Notes under the pieces: model-generated | Told to the model about the DNA's origin: nothing | The model's input: the letters and a program-made list of their open reading frames with translations, nothing else | Databases searched by the model: none | Shown: positions 1-10,530 of the stretch, one piece after another | Layout of the letters: each line of letters opens with the position of its first letter | Position numbering within the stretch: position 1 is the first letter of the stretch | Program-made: the position numbers and the translations under genes | From: an uncultured Alphaproteobacteria bacterium | GTDB taxonomy: Bacteria > Pseudomonadota > Alphaproteobacteria > Rs-D84 > CACZYB01 | Reading direction: 5' to 3' | Assembly: GCA_934246625.1 (NCBI GenBank) | Contig: CAKQHZ010000002.1 | Coordinates: 191,356 to 223,355, forward strand | Length of the DNA: 32,000 bases

Positions 1-589
1 CATCAATAGTTGCAAATTTATTTTGGTTTTTAAGTTGGTCTTTTTCATATTTTTTATTAAATTGTTCTTCGTTTTTTTGTAAAAATGAAGTCGTTGTTGC
101 GGTTGCATGTGCAAGTGTTCCAACTCCAGATGCACTGACTGTACCAATTAGCCAGCCCTTTATTTCATCAATTTTTTTAGGGAGTATATTTCTGCAAGTG
201 CTTTTTGATTTATTTTGTTGTGTTTCTAAATTTGAAAAATTTTCTTCTATATCAGAAAGTTTTTTTGTAAGGTCATTAAACTTTGTTTGTTTTTCCTTTA
301 TTTCATTATTTAACACTGTATTTTGTGTAGTCAAAGTTGCAATTTTTTGTTGCATTTCTTCGACGGATTCTGTCGGTTCGGAAGAGGTTTCTACTACTTC
401 GGGTTCTTGGATTTTTACATAAGTTTCTTCTGGTAGTTCAACTGGCTGTGTAGATTTTGTGGGTGTGGTTGCACGGATAATATTTTTTCTTTGTGGACCA
501 TTTTTGGTTGCTTGGCGTTTTCTTGCTCCTTCAACTGAATTTGCAAGTATTACAATACCTAGCAAAAAGATGCTGATTTTTTTATTCAT
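1..589 (-). CDS. Secreted coiled-coil protein, N-terminal 196 codons. The ORF runs off the left edge and is absent from the supplied ORF track.
   Basis: ATG at 587-589 (minus strand) behind GAGGAGA. I checked every triplet in this frame down to position 2 and found no stop. N-terminus MNKKISIFLLGIVILANSVEGA is signal-peptide-like, followed by a Q/E/K-rich heptad-like stretch (EEMQQKIATLTTQNTVLNNEIKEKQTKFNDLTKKLSDIEENFSNLE). Same strand as lptA-lptB and directly downstream of them. Confidence 0.6.
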   Translation of the reverse strand, partial: MNKKISIFLLGIVILANSVEGARKRQATKNGPQRKNIIRATTPTKSTQPVELPEETYVKIQEPEVVETSSEPTESVEEMQQKIATLTTQNTVLNNEIKEKQTKFNDLTKKLSDIEENFSNLETQQNKSKSTCRNILPKKIDEIKGWLIGTVSASGVGTLAHATATTTSFLQKNEEQFNKKYEKDQLKNQNKFATID

Positions 590-644
590 GATATTTTCTC
601 CTCTGTTTAAAGAAATATATCATAAAATTGAATATGTGTAAATA

Positions 645-1385
645 TTATAGTTTGAAATGTTCACCAAGATAAACTTTGCGGACATCTGTGTTGCAAACTA
701 TTTCATTTGGGGTGCCTTCGCATAGCACAGTTCCGTTGTGAAGAACATAAGCACGGTCAGTAATTTCCAATGTTTCACGAACGTTGTGGTCGGTGATTAA
801 AACTCCGTATCCCTTATCCTTTAGGTGTGAAACAAGGTTTCTTATATCATTTACAGCGATAGGGTCAACACCAGCAAATGGTTCGTCAAGCAAGATAAAG
901 TCAGGATTTGCTGCCAATGCTCTTGCAATTTCAAGACGACGTCTTTCACCACCAGAAAGGGCGATTGCAGGGCTTTCACGTAAATGTGTAATTGAAAATT
1001 CGGCAAGAAGTTCATCAAGTTTTTGATTACGTTTGTCTTCGTATGGTTCAACGACTTCTAAAACTGCCATAATGTTGTCTTCAACTGAAAGTGAGCGGAA
1101 GATTGAGGATTCTTGAGGAAGATAGCCAATTCCCTTTTGTGCACGGTGATAAAATGGAAGTTTTGTTATATTTTCACCATCTAAAGTAATAGAACCTGTG
1201 TCAGGTGTTATTAGTCCAGTTATGCAATAAAAACATGTTGTTTTTCCAGCACCATTTGGACCAAGGAGACCGACTGCTTCGCCTTGTTTTACATGAATAG
1301 ATACATTTTTCAATACTGGGCGTTTTGAATAACTTTTTGCAATGTTTTTTACAATGATTTCTTTTACTTTATTTTCGTTTTCCAT
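645..1385 (-). CDS. lptB: LPS export ABC transporter ATP-binding protein LptB
   Basis: Walker A GPNGAGKTT, signature LSGGERRRLEIARAL, Walker B ILLDEPFAGVDP, H-loop ITDHN. Lies directly downstream of an LptA/OstA-like gene. Confidence 0.93.
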   Translation of the reverse strand: MENENKVKEIIVKNIAKSYSKRPVLKNVSIHVKQGEAVGLLGPNGAGKTTCFYCITGLITPDTGSITLDGENITKLPFYHRAQKGIGYLPQESSIFRSLSVEDNIMAVLEVVEPYEDKRNQKLDELLAEFSITHLRESPAIALSGGERRRLEIARALAANPDFILLDEPFAGVDPIAVNDIRNLVSHLKDKGYGVLITDHNVRETLEITDRAYVLHNGTVLCEGTPNEIVCNTDVRKVYLGEHFKL

Positions 1386-1396
1386 TTAATGACCTA

Positions 1397-2149
1397 TTAT
1401 TTATCTGTTGAGAACACACCTTTTACTTTGCTTTCACCATCTTTTGGAAGAATGCGAGCAATACCAGTTTTCATATCATAAATGATTTTTCCACCAGAAA
1501 GGTTTGCTTGGTTTCCCTTTTTAAAATATACGTTTCCAGAAATTGTGGCATATCCATTTTGTGGGTTATATTCTGAAGTGTCGCCATAAAGTTCCTCTGT
1601 GCCATCAATAAGTTTTATGTTGCCGTTTGCAATTACCTTTTTAAGTTGGTTTTGTTTAGATTTTCCAGTTTTTGCAAATTCAACTTTTATATTATCAGCA
1701 AAAAGTTTTCTTCCAGAGTTTATAATTTGTGCATTTTTTGCAGTGGCATAGTTTTTATTTTTATAGTAGATGACTTCGTCCTTTGCGATAATTTCGCTGT
1801 CGCCATTTTTAAGGGTTGTTGGATTATCCTTTGATATAAGGTTTATGATTTCATTATTTATGTCGTATGTTAATTTGTCGGTTTTGATGTTTTCCTTTAC
1901 AGATACTATATTTACATTATCGGTTGCAACTACCTTATATATTTTTTTGTTGGGTTCTTTATAAAAAGCCTCTATAAAATCAGCCTTTAGTTCATATTCA
2001 GAAGTTTTTGCAATGGCATTTTGCTTCATTGTGATTTTTTGTTCCCTTTGGTTCCATTCCAAGCCATTGTCCGCGGAAAGTTCAATGTCTTCGGCAAATG
2101 AAGATGTTGAAAAAAATACCATCAATATCAATAAAAATATTTTAAACAT
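1397..2149 (-). CDS. lptA: LPS transport periplasmic protein LptA (OstA N-terminal-like)
   Basis: Signal peptide MFKIFLLILMVFFSTSSFA. Repetitive OstA-like beta-strand pattern (ATDNVNIV..., ANGNIKLIDG..., ISGNVYF). Adjacent to lptB. I prefer ATG 2149 (AAGGA 8 nt upstream) to the track's TTG at 2203. Confidence 0.8.
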   Translation of the reverse strand: MFKIFLLILMVFFSTSSFAEDIELSADNGLEWNQREQKITMKQNAIAKTSEYELKADFIEAFYKEPNKKIYKVVATDNVNIVSVKENIKTDKLTYDINNEIINLISKDNPTTLKNGDSEIIAKDEVIYYKNKNYATAKNAQIINSGRKLFADNIKVEFAKTGKSKQNQLKKVIANGNIKLIDGTEELYGDTSEYNPQNGYATISGNVYFKKGNQANLSGGKIIYDMKTGIARILPKDGESKVKGVFSTDK

Positions 2150-2206
2150 AATTTGTCCTTTTATTATTTTTTGTATTATAAAGGAAAGATGTTTTAAAAA
2201 CAATAA

Positions 2207-4980
<2,774 letters not shown>

Positions 4981-5083
4981 AATCTACCTTTTTATTATAT
5001 TTTTTAATTATATAATATTTTTAATTTAAAAAAAGAAAAAAATTTGTTATAATGTTCCTAATGATATACTAAAGGGGATAAAA

Positions 5084-5824
5084 GTGCAAATACAAGAGTT
5101 TTTTTCAAAAGCCAAAAAAATATGCTTGGTGTTTTTTGTGATTTTTTGTGTTTCTTATCTTATCATTTCTTTACGACAAAGATTTGTTGGTGATGATGCT
5201 TTTCTTCTTGATTATCCTGAGGTAGTTTTTAAGGGGGATTTGTCGATTGATAGAGAAATGGCTATTGCAGATATTAAAGATGTCCTTAATAAACATAATC
5301 TTCTTTCAAATCCGAAAAGTTTTTCTGTTGATGTAGATGAGGTAAAAGATGATTTTCTTCAACTTTCATGGATAAAAAATATTGCTGTGGTAAAGGAGTA
5401 TCCTTCAAAATTATTGTTGGTTATTGAACCAAAAAATATTATTGCATATATGTTCAATAATGATGAATATTTCCCTGTTGATGAAATGGGTAATATTATA
5501 CCAATAAGTGTTGATTATAAATCTGGATTGATTATTAGTGGAGAGGGAGCAAATGAAAATTTGCTTGATTTCCTTATGGTCCTTAAAAAATATCCAAAAA
5601 TTATGGAAAAGGTTGTTTATCTTCAATTTATAAATGGTTTAAGATGGAATGTGTTTTTATATGCTATTGAAGATGGTATTGTAGTAAAACTTGATAACGA
5701 AGATTTTGAAATGGGACTTCAAAAAATTGAACGACTTGATGATTATCAGGATTTGTTAAAACGAAATATTTCTGAAATTGATGTAAGGGATATAAATAGA
5801 TTGCTTGTTAAACAAAGGAATTAA
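5084..5824 (+). CDS. ftsQ: Cell division protein FtsQ (single TM + POTRA)
   Basis: GTG start behind AAAGGGGA. TM segment ICLVFFVIFCVSYLIISL. POTRA-like WIKNIAVVKEYPSKLLLVIEPK. Immediately precedes ftsA. Confidence 0.8.
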   Translation: MQIQEFFSKAKKICLVFFVIFCVSYLIISLRQRFVGDDAFLLDYPEVVFKGDLSIDREMAIADIKDVLNKHNLLSNPKSFSVDVDEVKDDFLQLSWIKNIAVVKEYPSKLLLVIEPKNIIAYMFNNDEYFPVDEMGNIIPISVDYKSGLIISGEGANENLLDFLMVLKKYPKIMEKVVYLQFINGLRWNVFLYAIEDGIVVKLDNEDFEMGLQKIERLDDYQDLLKRNISEIDVRDINRLLVKQRN

Positions 5825-5825
5825 A

Positions 5826-7076
5826 ATGATTGATAGAAAAAGTGTGATTGGTTTTCTTGATATTGGAACAAGTAAAGTTGTTTGCCTTATTGGTGCAATT
5901 ACAAATGATGGTGTGCCTGTGTGCCTTAGTATTGGTGAGGCAATTAACGAAGGTTTTTCCAATGGGAAAATTACTGATGTTTCTAAGTTGGCATTTGCTA
6001 TCAATCAGGCTGTGGCGATTGCAGAAAATAAAGCCAAGTGCAGAATAAAGGAAGTTGTGGTTTCCCTTTCTGGATTTCAATTTAAATCACATTTTTTAAA
6101 TTCAAAAATTGGGTGGAATTTTGAAAAAAATATTACCTTTAAAGATATTGAGCATTGCACTAAACGTATTCCAATTCAAAAGCATATCAATATAGATGAT
6201 TATTCGGTTATTCATATAATTCCAATAAAATATATTATTGATGGGAAAAAGGAAGTTGTTAATCCATTAAATCTTTCTGCTTCTACACTTAAAATAATTT
6301 ATCATATTATTGTTGTTGATAGTCTTATGATGAATGATGTGATAGATGCAGTTAAAAAAACAAATCTTAAGGTTAAAGATGTTGTCGCAAATTCGTATGC
6401 GTCAGGGCTTTCATCTTTGGTTGATGATGACAGACGTGTCGGAAGTATGATTATTGATATTGGAAAATCATCTGTGTCTGTGGGTGTGTTTTTTGAAAAT
6501 AATTTTATTTATACTTTTTCATCTCCTATTGGTGGGGACTATATAACTAACTATATTTGTAAAAATACCAATATTAAATTTGATGAAGCAGAACGTATAA
6601 AAAAGAAATATGGTGCTGTGAAACCTTTGCCTATTGATTATTCTGAAGTAATTAACGTATCGGTTATTTCTGATAATGGCGAAGAAGAAAGTGTTGATAT
6701 GGTAAAATCTGACATTTTGAATATTATTTATCCAGTTGTAAAAATGTCATTTAGTGTTATTAAGAAATATATTGAAGATAAAAATTTTACACCATTTGTT
6801 AATCGTATAATTATTACTGGTGGTGGCGCGTTGATTGAAAATGTTAAGGGGGTTGCAGAGGAGGTTTTTGAACTTCCTGTGCGTGTGGCAAAACCAATAA
6901 AGTTAGATGGACTTAATGAAGAATATGTGAATGTTTCAAATGCAACTTTGATTGGGCTTTTCCTTTTTAATTTTTATAAATCTTCAAGTGCATTAAAACT
7001 TAATTCTGAAATTGAATTTGAAAGGGATAATAGTCTTTTTGGTAAAATCAGAAAATTTATCAATGATAATTTTTAG
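5826..7076 (+). CDS. ftsA: Cell division protein FtsA
   Basis: Actin-fold phosphate motifs FLDIGTSKVVCLIG, IIDIGKSSVSVGVF, IIITGGGALIENV. C-terminal amphipathic helix SLFGKIRKFINDNF. ATG 5826 (AAAGGA upstream, 1 nt after the ftsQ stop) preferred to the track's TTG 5805. Confidence 0.93.
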   Translation: MIDRKSVIGFLDIGTSKVVCLIGAITNDGVPVCLSIGEAINEGFSNGKITDVSKLAFAINQAVAIAENKAKCRIKEVVVSLSGFQFKSHFLNSKIGWNFEKNITFKDIEHCTKRIPIQKHINIDDYSVIHIIPIKYIIDGKKEVVNPLNLSASTLKIIYHIIVVDSLMMNDVIDAVKKTNLKVKDVVANSYASGLSSLVDDDRRVGSMIIDIGKSSVSVGVFFENNFIYTFSSPIGGDYITNYICKNTNIKFDEAERIKKKYGAVKPLPIDYSEVINVSVISDNGEEESVDMVKSDILNIIYPVVKMSFSVIKKYIEDKNFTPFVNRIIITGGGALIENVKGVAEEVFELPVRVAKPIKLDGLNEEYVNVSNATLIGLFLFNFYKSSSALKLNSEIEFERDNSLFGKIRKFINDNF

Positions 7077-7136
7077 GGTTTTATTGTATGTGCTTTTATG
7101 TTATTATAGTGTTAGGAAAAATATAAGGATTTTAAT

Positions 7137-8939
7137 ATGTTAGATTTGAAAAAAAATGATGTGATGTCTGTGTATTATGATAATTCAAAGTATAATTTGT
7201 CATCAATACTTCTTCCATTTAAGGGAATGATAAGACGTATTTTTGGACTTTCATTTTTAATAAATGTTTTAAGTGTTTTGATACCTTTGTGTATTATGTA
7301 TTTGATTGATGGAAAGTTTAATTTATCACTTGATTCAAATGGACTTTTTAACATTGTGTTTTTGACATCTGTGCTTGGGTTTAACTTTTTATTTCGTTAT
7401 ATTCGTGCGGGTATGATAAATTATGTTTTGTTAAATATTGATAATAATATTTGCAAAAATATTTTGGATAAGGTTTTTAAATTACCAGCAAGGAAAATGG
7501 AAAAAAAGAAAGAAGCCTTTTGGACAACTTTGTTTGCGGATATTGATGTTATTCGAAATGGTCTTTCTGGTTCCTATATTGTGAATATTACAGATATTCC
7601 TTTTGTGCTTTTGTTTATTGGTGTGATTGGAATTTTGCTTGGTAAATATTTCTTTGTCATTCTTTTATTTTTACTTATGTATGCAATTTTTATTATGTTT
7701 GCATCTTATGTTTTGGGAATTGTTGATGATAAGGAAAAAATGGCGATAAAGGAACGTGATGAACTTATATCTGGGTCAATACATAATCTTTCATCGTTGA
7801 AAACTTTGTCTTTGACAGACAAGGTTATGAATATGTGGCATGATTATCAAAAAAGTATAGTTGATATTACATACAAAAGAAATTATACCTTGGATATTTG
7901 TTTGGTGTTGAATTATGTTATTTTCTTTTTGGGATTGATTGTATTTTCTTTGATTGGTGTTTATGCAGTTAATTTGCATATTATGAGTATTGGAACTTTG
8001 GTTGCTGTGCTTTTACTTTTTACTTTGAATTTTTATTTGATTAACAGCTTTTTAAAATATCTTCCTCAATATTTTAAATTTATCAATTCTATTGAACGTT
8101 TAAGTCAAGTTATGGCGGAACAAGTTGATGCCCTTAAAACCGAAGAGGTGGAGGATATTACTCTTGGTAATTTGGAACTTAAAAATGTGGTGTTGGAAGA
8201 TAGTTTGAAAAACATTATTTTAAAAGATGTTAACTTTACCTTTAAAGAAGGAAGTGTTTATGTTGTGCGTGGTAAGAATACTTTTGATACATCTTTATTT
8301 TTAAAAAGTTTGATTGGTGCATATGATATTTCAAATGGTGAAATACTTTTTGACAGATATGATGTTGCGAACCTTAAGGCTGAAAGTCTTAAAAACTATA
8401 TACACTATCTTGGGGTAAATTATTTTATCATTGAAGGAACGGTGAAAGAAAATTTGAATTGCTTTTTGAATGAAAGCGATACTTCCTTTGCTGGATTTGT
8501 TGATTATAAAAAGGTTGCGAAAATGTTCGGCCTTGATGAAATAATTGCAAAACTTCCAAATGGATATAATACGATTATTGATAGTAAAACAGATTTGTTG
8601 ACACAGGAGGAAATGAAACTTTTGAGTATTGCTCGTGTGTTTGTTGGTAATCCAAAGGTTATGATTTTTGACCAACCATTTTTAGGACTTAGAAAAATTT
8701 ATAAGGAAAAGTTGATAAAGGCGTTTGCCGAATTTTCTTCTGATAAAATTATTATTGTTTCAACAACGGAAAAGGATATTGGAAAACGTAAAGTTATTAA
8801 CATTGAAAATGAAAAAATTACAATGTTGACTTCTGATACTTTTGATGAGGCTTTGATGGATATAAATGCCAAAATCGAAGAAGAAGATGCAACAGAAAAT
8901 CGTGCATTGTTTAGACGAATTTTTAGGAAGAAAGACTGA
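7137..8939 (+). CDS. Type I secretion (PrtD/HlyB-like) ABC exporter homologue with a degenerate, probably non-catalytic nucleotide-binding domain
   Basis: Six-TM exporter-type N-terminal half (GLSFLINVLSVLIPLCIMYLIDGKF resembles the T1SS ABC N-terminus). The C-terminal half has an NBD-like layout, but Walker A is RGKNTFDTS, the signature is LTQEEMKLLSIARVF, Walker B is VMIFDQPF and the H-loop is IIIVSTTE. Confidence 0.75.
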   Translation: MLDLKKNDVMSVYYDNSKYNLSSILLPFKGMIRRIFGLSFLINVLSVLIPLCIMYLIDGKFNLSLDSNGLFNIVFLTSVLGFNFLFRYIRAGMINYVLLNIDNNICKNILDKVFKLPARKMEKKKEAFWTTLFADIDVIRNGLSGSYIVNITDIPFVLLFIGVIGILLGKYFFVILLFLLMYAIFIMFASYVLGIVDDKEKMAIKERDELISGSIHNLSSLKTLSLTDKVMNMWHDYQKSIVDITYKRNYTLDICLVLNYVIFFLGLIVFSLIGVYAVNLHIMSIGTLVAVLLLFTLNFYLINSFLKYLPQYFKFINSIERLSQVMAEQVDALKTEEVEDITLGNLELKNVVLEDSLKNIILKDVNFTFKEGSVYVVRGKNTFDTSLFLKSLIGAYDISNGEILFDRYDVANLKAESLKNYIHYLGVNYFIIEGTVKENLNCFLNESDTSFAGFVDYKKVAKMFGLDEIIAKLPNGYNTIIDSKTDLLTQEEMKLLSIARVFVGNPKVMIFDQPFLGLRKIYKEKLIKAFAEFSSDKIIIVSTTEKDIGKRKVINIENEKITMLTSDTFDEALMDINAKIEEEDATENRALFRRIFRKKD

Positions 8940-9592
8940 TGAAAAAAAATATTTTAATATCTGCAAGTTTAACATCAACTGATTATTTTGATATAGAAAA
9001 AACTATTGCTTTGGTAAATAGCTCTTCTGTGGATAGGATTCATTTTGATGTTATGGACGGTGTATTTGTGCCAAATATTACCTATGGTCCAGATTTTATT
9101 TCATCGGTTAAATTACACACAAAAAAATTTTTTGATGTGCATCTTATGATTATCAATCCTTTGTCCTATATTGAAAGATTTGTTGATGCTGGTGCAGATT
9201 TGATAAGCGTGCATATTGAGGCAAAAAATACTATGAAGTCGATAAAACTTATTAAATCTTTTGGTGTGAAGGCAGGGATTGTTATCAATCCAAAGACCAG
9301 TTATAAAAAGGTTTTGAAGTATTTGGATTTTGTTGATGAAGTTATGGTGATGAGTGTTGAACCTGGGTTTGGTGGGCAAAAATTTATTGTTGATGTTGTG
9401 CCAAAAATTCAAAAAATTTCACAAATTATAAAAAGTAAAGGTAAAAAAATTTTGTTGCAAGTTGATGGTGGAATCAATTTTGAAACGGGTAAACTTGTTA
9501 TTGATAGTGGTGTTAATTCTTTGGTTGTTGGAAGTTTTTTATTTAATCAAAAAAATTTTGATAAAACAGTTCTTAAATTAAAAAGTTTATAA
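8939..9592 (+). CDS. rpe: Ribulose-phosphate 3-epimerase
   Basis: HFDVMDGVFVPNITYGP, VHLM, MSVEPGFGGQKF, QVDGGIN. The start overlaps the upstream stop (cTGATGa). Confidence 0.95.
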   Translation: MKKNILISASLTSTDYFDIEKTIALVNSSSVDRIHFDVMDGVFVPNITYGPDFISSVKLHTKKFFDVHLMIINPLSYIERFVDAGADLISVHIEAKNTMKSIKLIKSFGVKAGIVINPKTSYKKVLKYLDFVDEVMVMSVEPGFGGQKFIVDVVPKIQKISQIIKSKGKKILLQVDGGINFETGKLVIDSGVNSLVVGSFLFNQKNFDKTVLKLKSL

Positions 9593-9700
9593 TCTATATT
9601 TTTATTTACAAAAATTTAATTATGTATTAAGATGAAATTAGGTTTGGAAGTTATTCTGAACTTAGTGTCCTTAATGGATACGGGATTGTCGAAGGTCCTT

Positions 9701-9843
9701 TATAGTCTGCGTATAACGCAATGTTATATGGTAAATGCCCCCGCCTTTAGTGGGGAGCCCTTGATGTATGTTCAGAGGATATATCTTTATGTCCTTAAAG
9801 ATCTTGTGGAATCATTTCAGACTATATGATTTTCGAACTCCCC
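9701..9843 (+). other. Candidate structured 5' leader or ncRNA upstream of the first Cys-rich gene
   Basis: 9-bp long-range pairing TATAGTCTG (9701-9709) / CAGACTATA (9818-9826). 8-bp hairpin 9710-9717/9723-9730. G-run 9752-9757 can pair either with the C-run 9738-9742 or with CTCCCC 9838-9843. Visibly more GC-rich than flanking DNA. Confidence 0.3.
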
Positions 9844-9905
9844 GCCGTTAAGGATAAATGGGAAAAATTTTTGTGTTTTTGCACAAAATAAAGGGGAAAA
9901 AGAAC

Positions 9906-10274
9906 ATGAACAAGAAGTTATCAATATTGGTATCTACATTTTTATGTGTAGCGTTATCATCTAATGTAAAATCAGAAACATTAATAGAGTCATTACAAAG
10001 GTATTGTGTGCCAACTGCTGAAGTTTGCGGAACTGTGGCAAGGGCAACATACAACACATCGGAAAGTGCTTGCGAGTGTTCGGCTTGCGGAATGTATTAT
10101 GATAAAACTTCCAGAAGTTGTCAGACTTGTCCAGAGGGAACTTATGTGAACAACAGATACTCCACAGAGTGCATAAGGCCAGATTGTGGCATAGGCAATT
10201 ATGGAGTTGTTGAAACTGGCAAAACCGATTGTGGAATAGGATTTTACAAAGTAGCTTTATCCAGTTGTAAATAG
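9906..10274 (+). CDS. Small secreted cysteine-rich protein (123 aa) with a CxxCPxGTY and DCGIGxY repeat motif
   Basis: ATG 9906 behind AAAGGGGAAAAAG. Signal peptide MNKKLSILVSTFLCVALSSNVKS. Mature part has 11 Cys, including SCQTCPEGTYVNN and duplicated DCGIGNYG / DCGIGFYK. The track's upstream GTG-type start at 9858 lacks a signal peptide. Confidence 0.7.
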   Translation: MNKKLSILVSTFLCVALSSNVKSETLIESLQRYCVPTAEVCGTVARATYNTSESACECSACGMYYDKTSRSCQTCPEGTYVNNRYSTECIRPDCGIGNYGVVETGKTDCGIGFYKVALSSCK

Positions 10275-10281
10275 GAGATAT

Positions 10282-10322
10282 GGGAGGAGGTATTTTCTTA
10301 TGGTTTTTGCTTCCTCCCTCCC
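10282..10322 (+). other. GC-rich stem-loop (GGGAGGAGG / CCTCC(C)TCCC)
   Basis: 9 bp with a one-nucleotide bulge around a 22-nt loop, 8 nt after the stop of the first Cys-rich gene. No U-tract on either strand, so not a canonical terminator. The 5' arm doubles as a strong SD for the 10300 mini-ORF. Confidence 0.45.
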
Positions 10323-10428
10323 AAAAGATAAGATGAGGTGTTTAATGAGAAAAAGAGTCAGCACAAAAGTACGAAGTGCAACGGTAGCCCTAAAGGGACG
10401 GAGGGCAGTTGCTTTGCTGACATACTAA
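10300..10428 (+). CDS. Possible 42-aa highly basic mini-protein (MVFASSLPKDKMRCLMRKRVSTKVRSATVALKGRRAVALLTY). This may instead be non-coding structured RNA.
   Basis: ATG 9 nt after GGAGGAGG; open frame to TAA 10426-10428. Below the ORF-track size cut-off. It overlaps the 10357-10421 stem-loop, so coding versus RNA cannot be decided here. Confidence 0.25.
   Translation: MVFASSLPKDKMRCLMRKRVSTKVRSATVALKGRRAVALLTY
10357..10421 (+). other. Long imperfect GC-rich stem-loop
   Basis: Outer helix GTCAGCA (10357-10363) / TGCTGAC (10415-10421). Middle helix GCAAC (10378-10382) / GTTGC (10408-10412). Inner helix GCCC (10387-10390) / GGGC (10403-10406). Confidence 0.4.
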
Positions 10429-10494
10429 ACCCTTAAAGAAAAATAAGAAAAATGGAGAAATAATGGAAAAGTTTTTAAAACTAGAACCTTATAA

Positions 10495-10530
10495 GAGCAC
10501 ACCCCGCAAGGGGGGGTAAGGGGTGTGCTC
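10495..10530 (+). other. Perfect 11-bp GC-rich stem-loop with an embedded CCCC-GCAA-GGGG tetraloop alternative
   Basis: GAGCACACCCC (10495-10505) pairs with GGGGTGTGCTC (10520-10530). The inner CCCC GCAA GGGG (10502-10513) is a GNRA-type hairpin. No U-tract follows. Confidence 0.5.

Noticed and set aside
198-641. Plus-strand ORFs 198..422 and 459..641 from the track
   Set aside because: The products are low-complexity Phe/Ser/Cys/Val-rich, and neither ORF has an SD. Both lie antisense to a better-supported minus-strand ORF with SD, signal peptide and an open frame to the window edge.
2150-2203. Track start codons TTG 2203 (lptA), TTG 5805 (ftsA) and TTG 23312 (sufD)
   Set aside because: In each case a downstream ATG with a properly spaced SD gives a product with a normal N-terminus (for LptA, a signal peptide). 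The downstream ATG also removes or reduces the overlap with the upstream gene.
9632-9829. 65-aa plus-strand ORF in the rpe / Cys-rich gene spacer
   Set aside because: There is no SD upstream and no recognisable motif, and the ORF coincides with the paired or structured segments. I treat the region as non-coding, but this is not proven.
9832-9846. TTCGAACTCCCCGCC, which resembles a tRNA/tmRNA T-loop plus 3' stem and raised the possibility of a (permuted) tmRNA or tRNA gene
   Set aside because: There is no complementary 5' T-stem strand before the TTCGAA, no acceptor stem or CCA context, no tag-peptide reading frame nearby, and no cloverleaf on either strand.
9669-9857. CCTTAAT ... GTTAAGG inverted motifs reminiscent of integron attC R''/R' core sites (RYYYAAC / GTTRRRY), which would make the Cys-rich genes cassettes
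   Set aside because: The match is imperfect (CCTTAAT is not CCTTAAC, and GTTAAGG ends in a purine). The spacing exceeds typical attC lengths, there is no intI in the window, and the second gene lacks a comparable site.
10282-10322. The GGGAGGAGG/CCTCCCTCCC hairpin as the terminator of the first Cys-rich gene
   Set aside because: It is followed by AAAAG on the plus strand and by no T-run on the minus strand, and the loop is 22 nt. It does not fit an intrinsic terminator.
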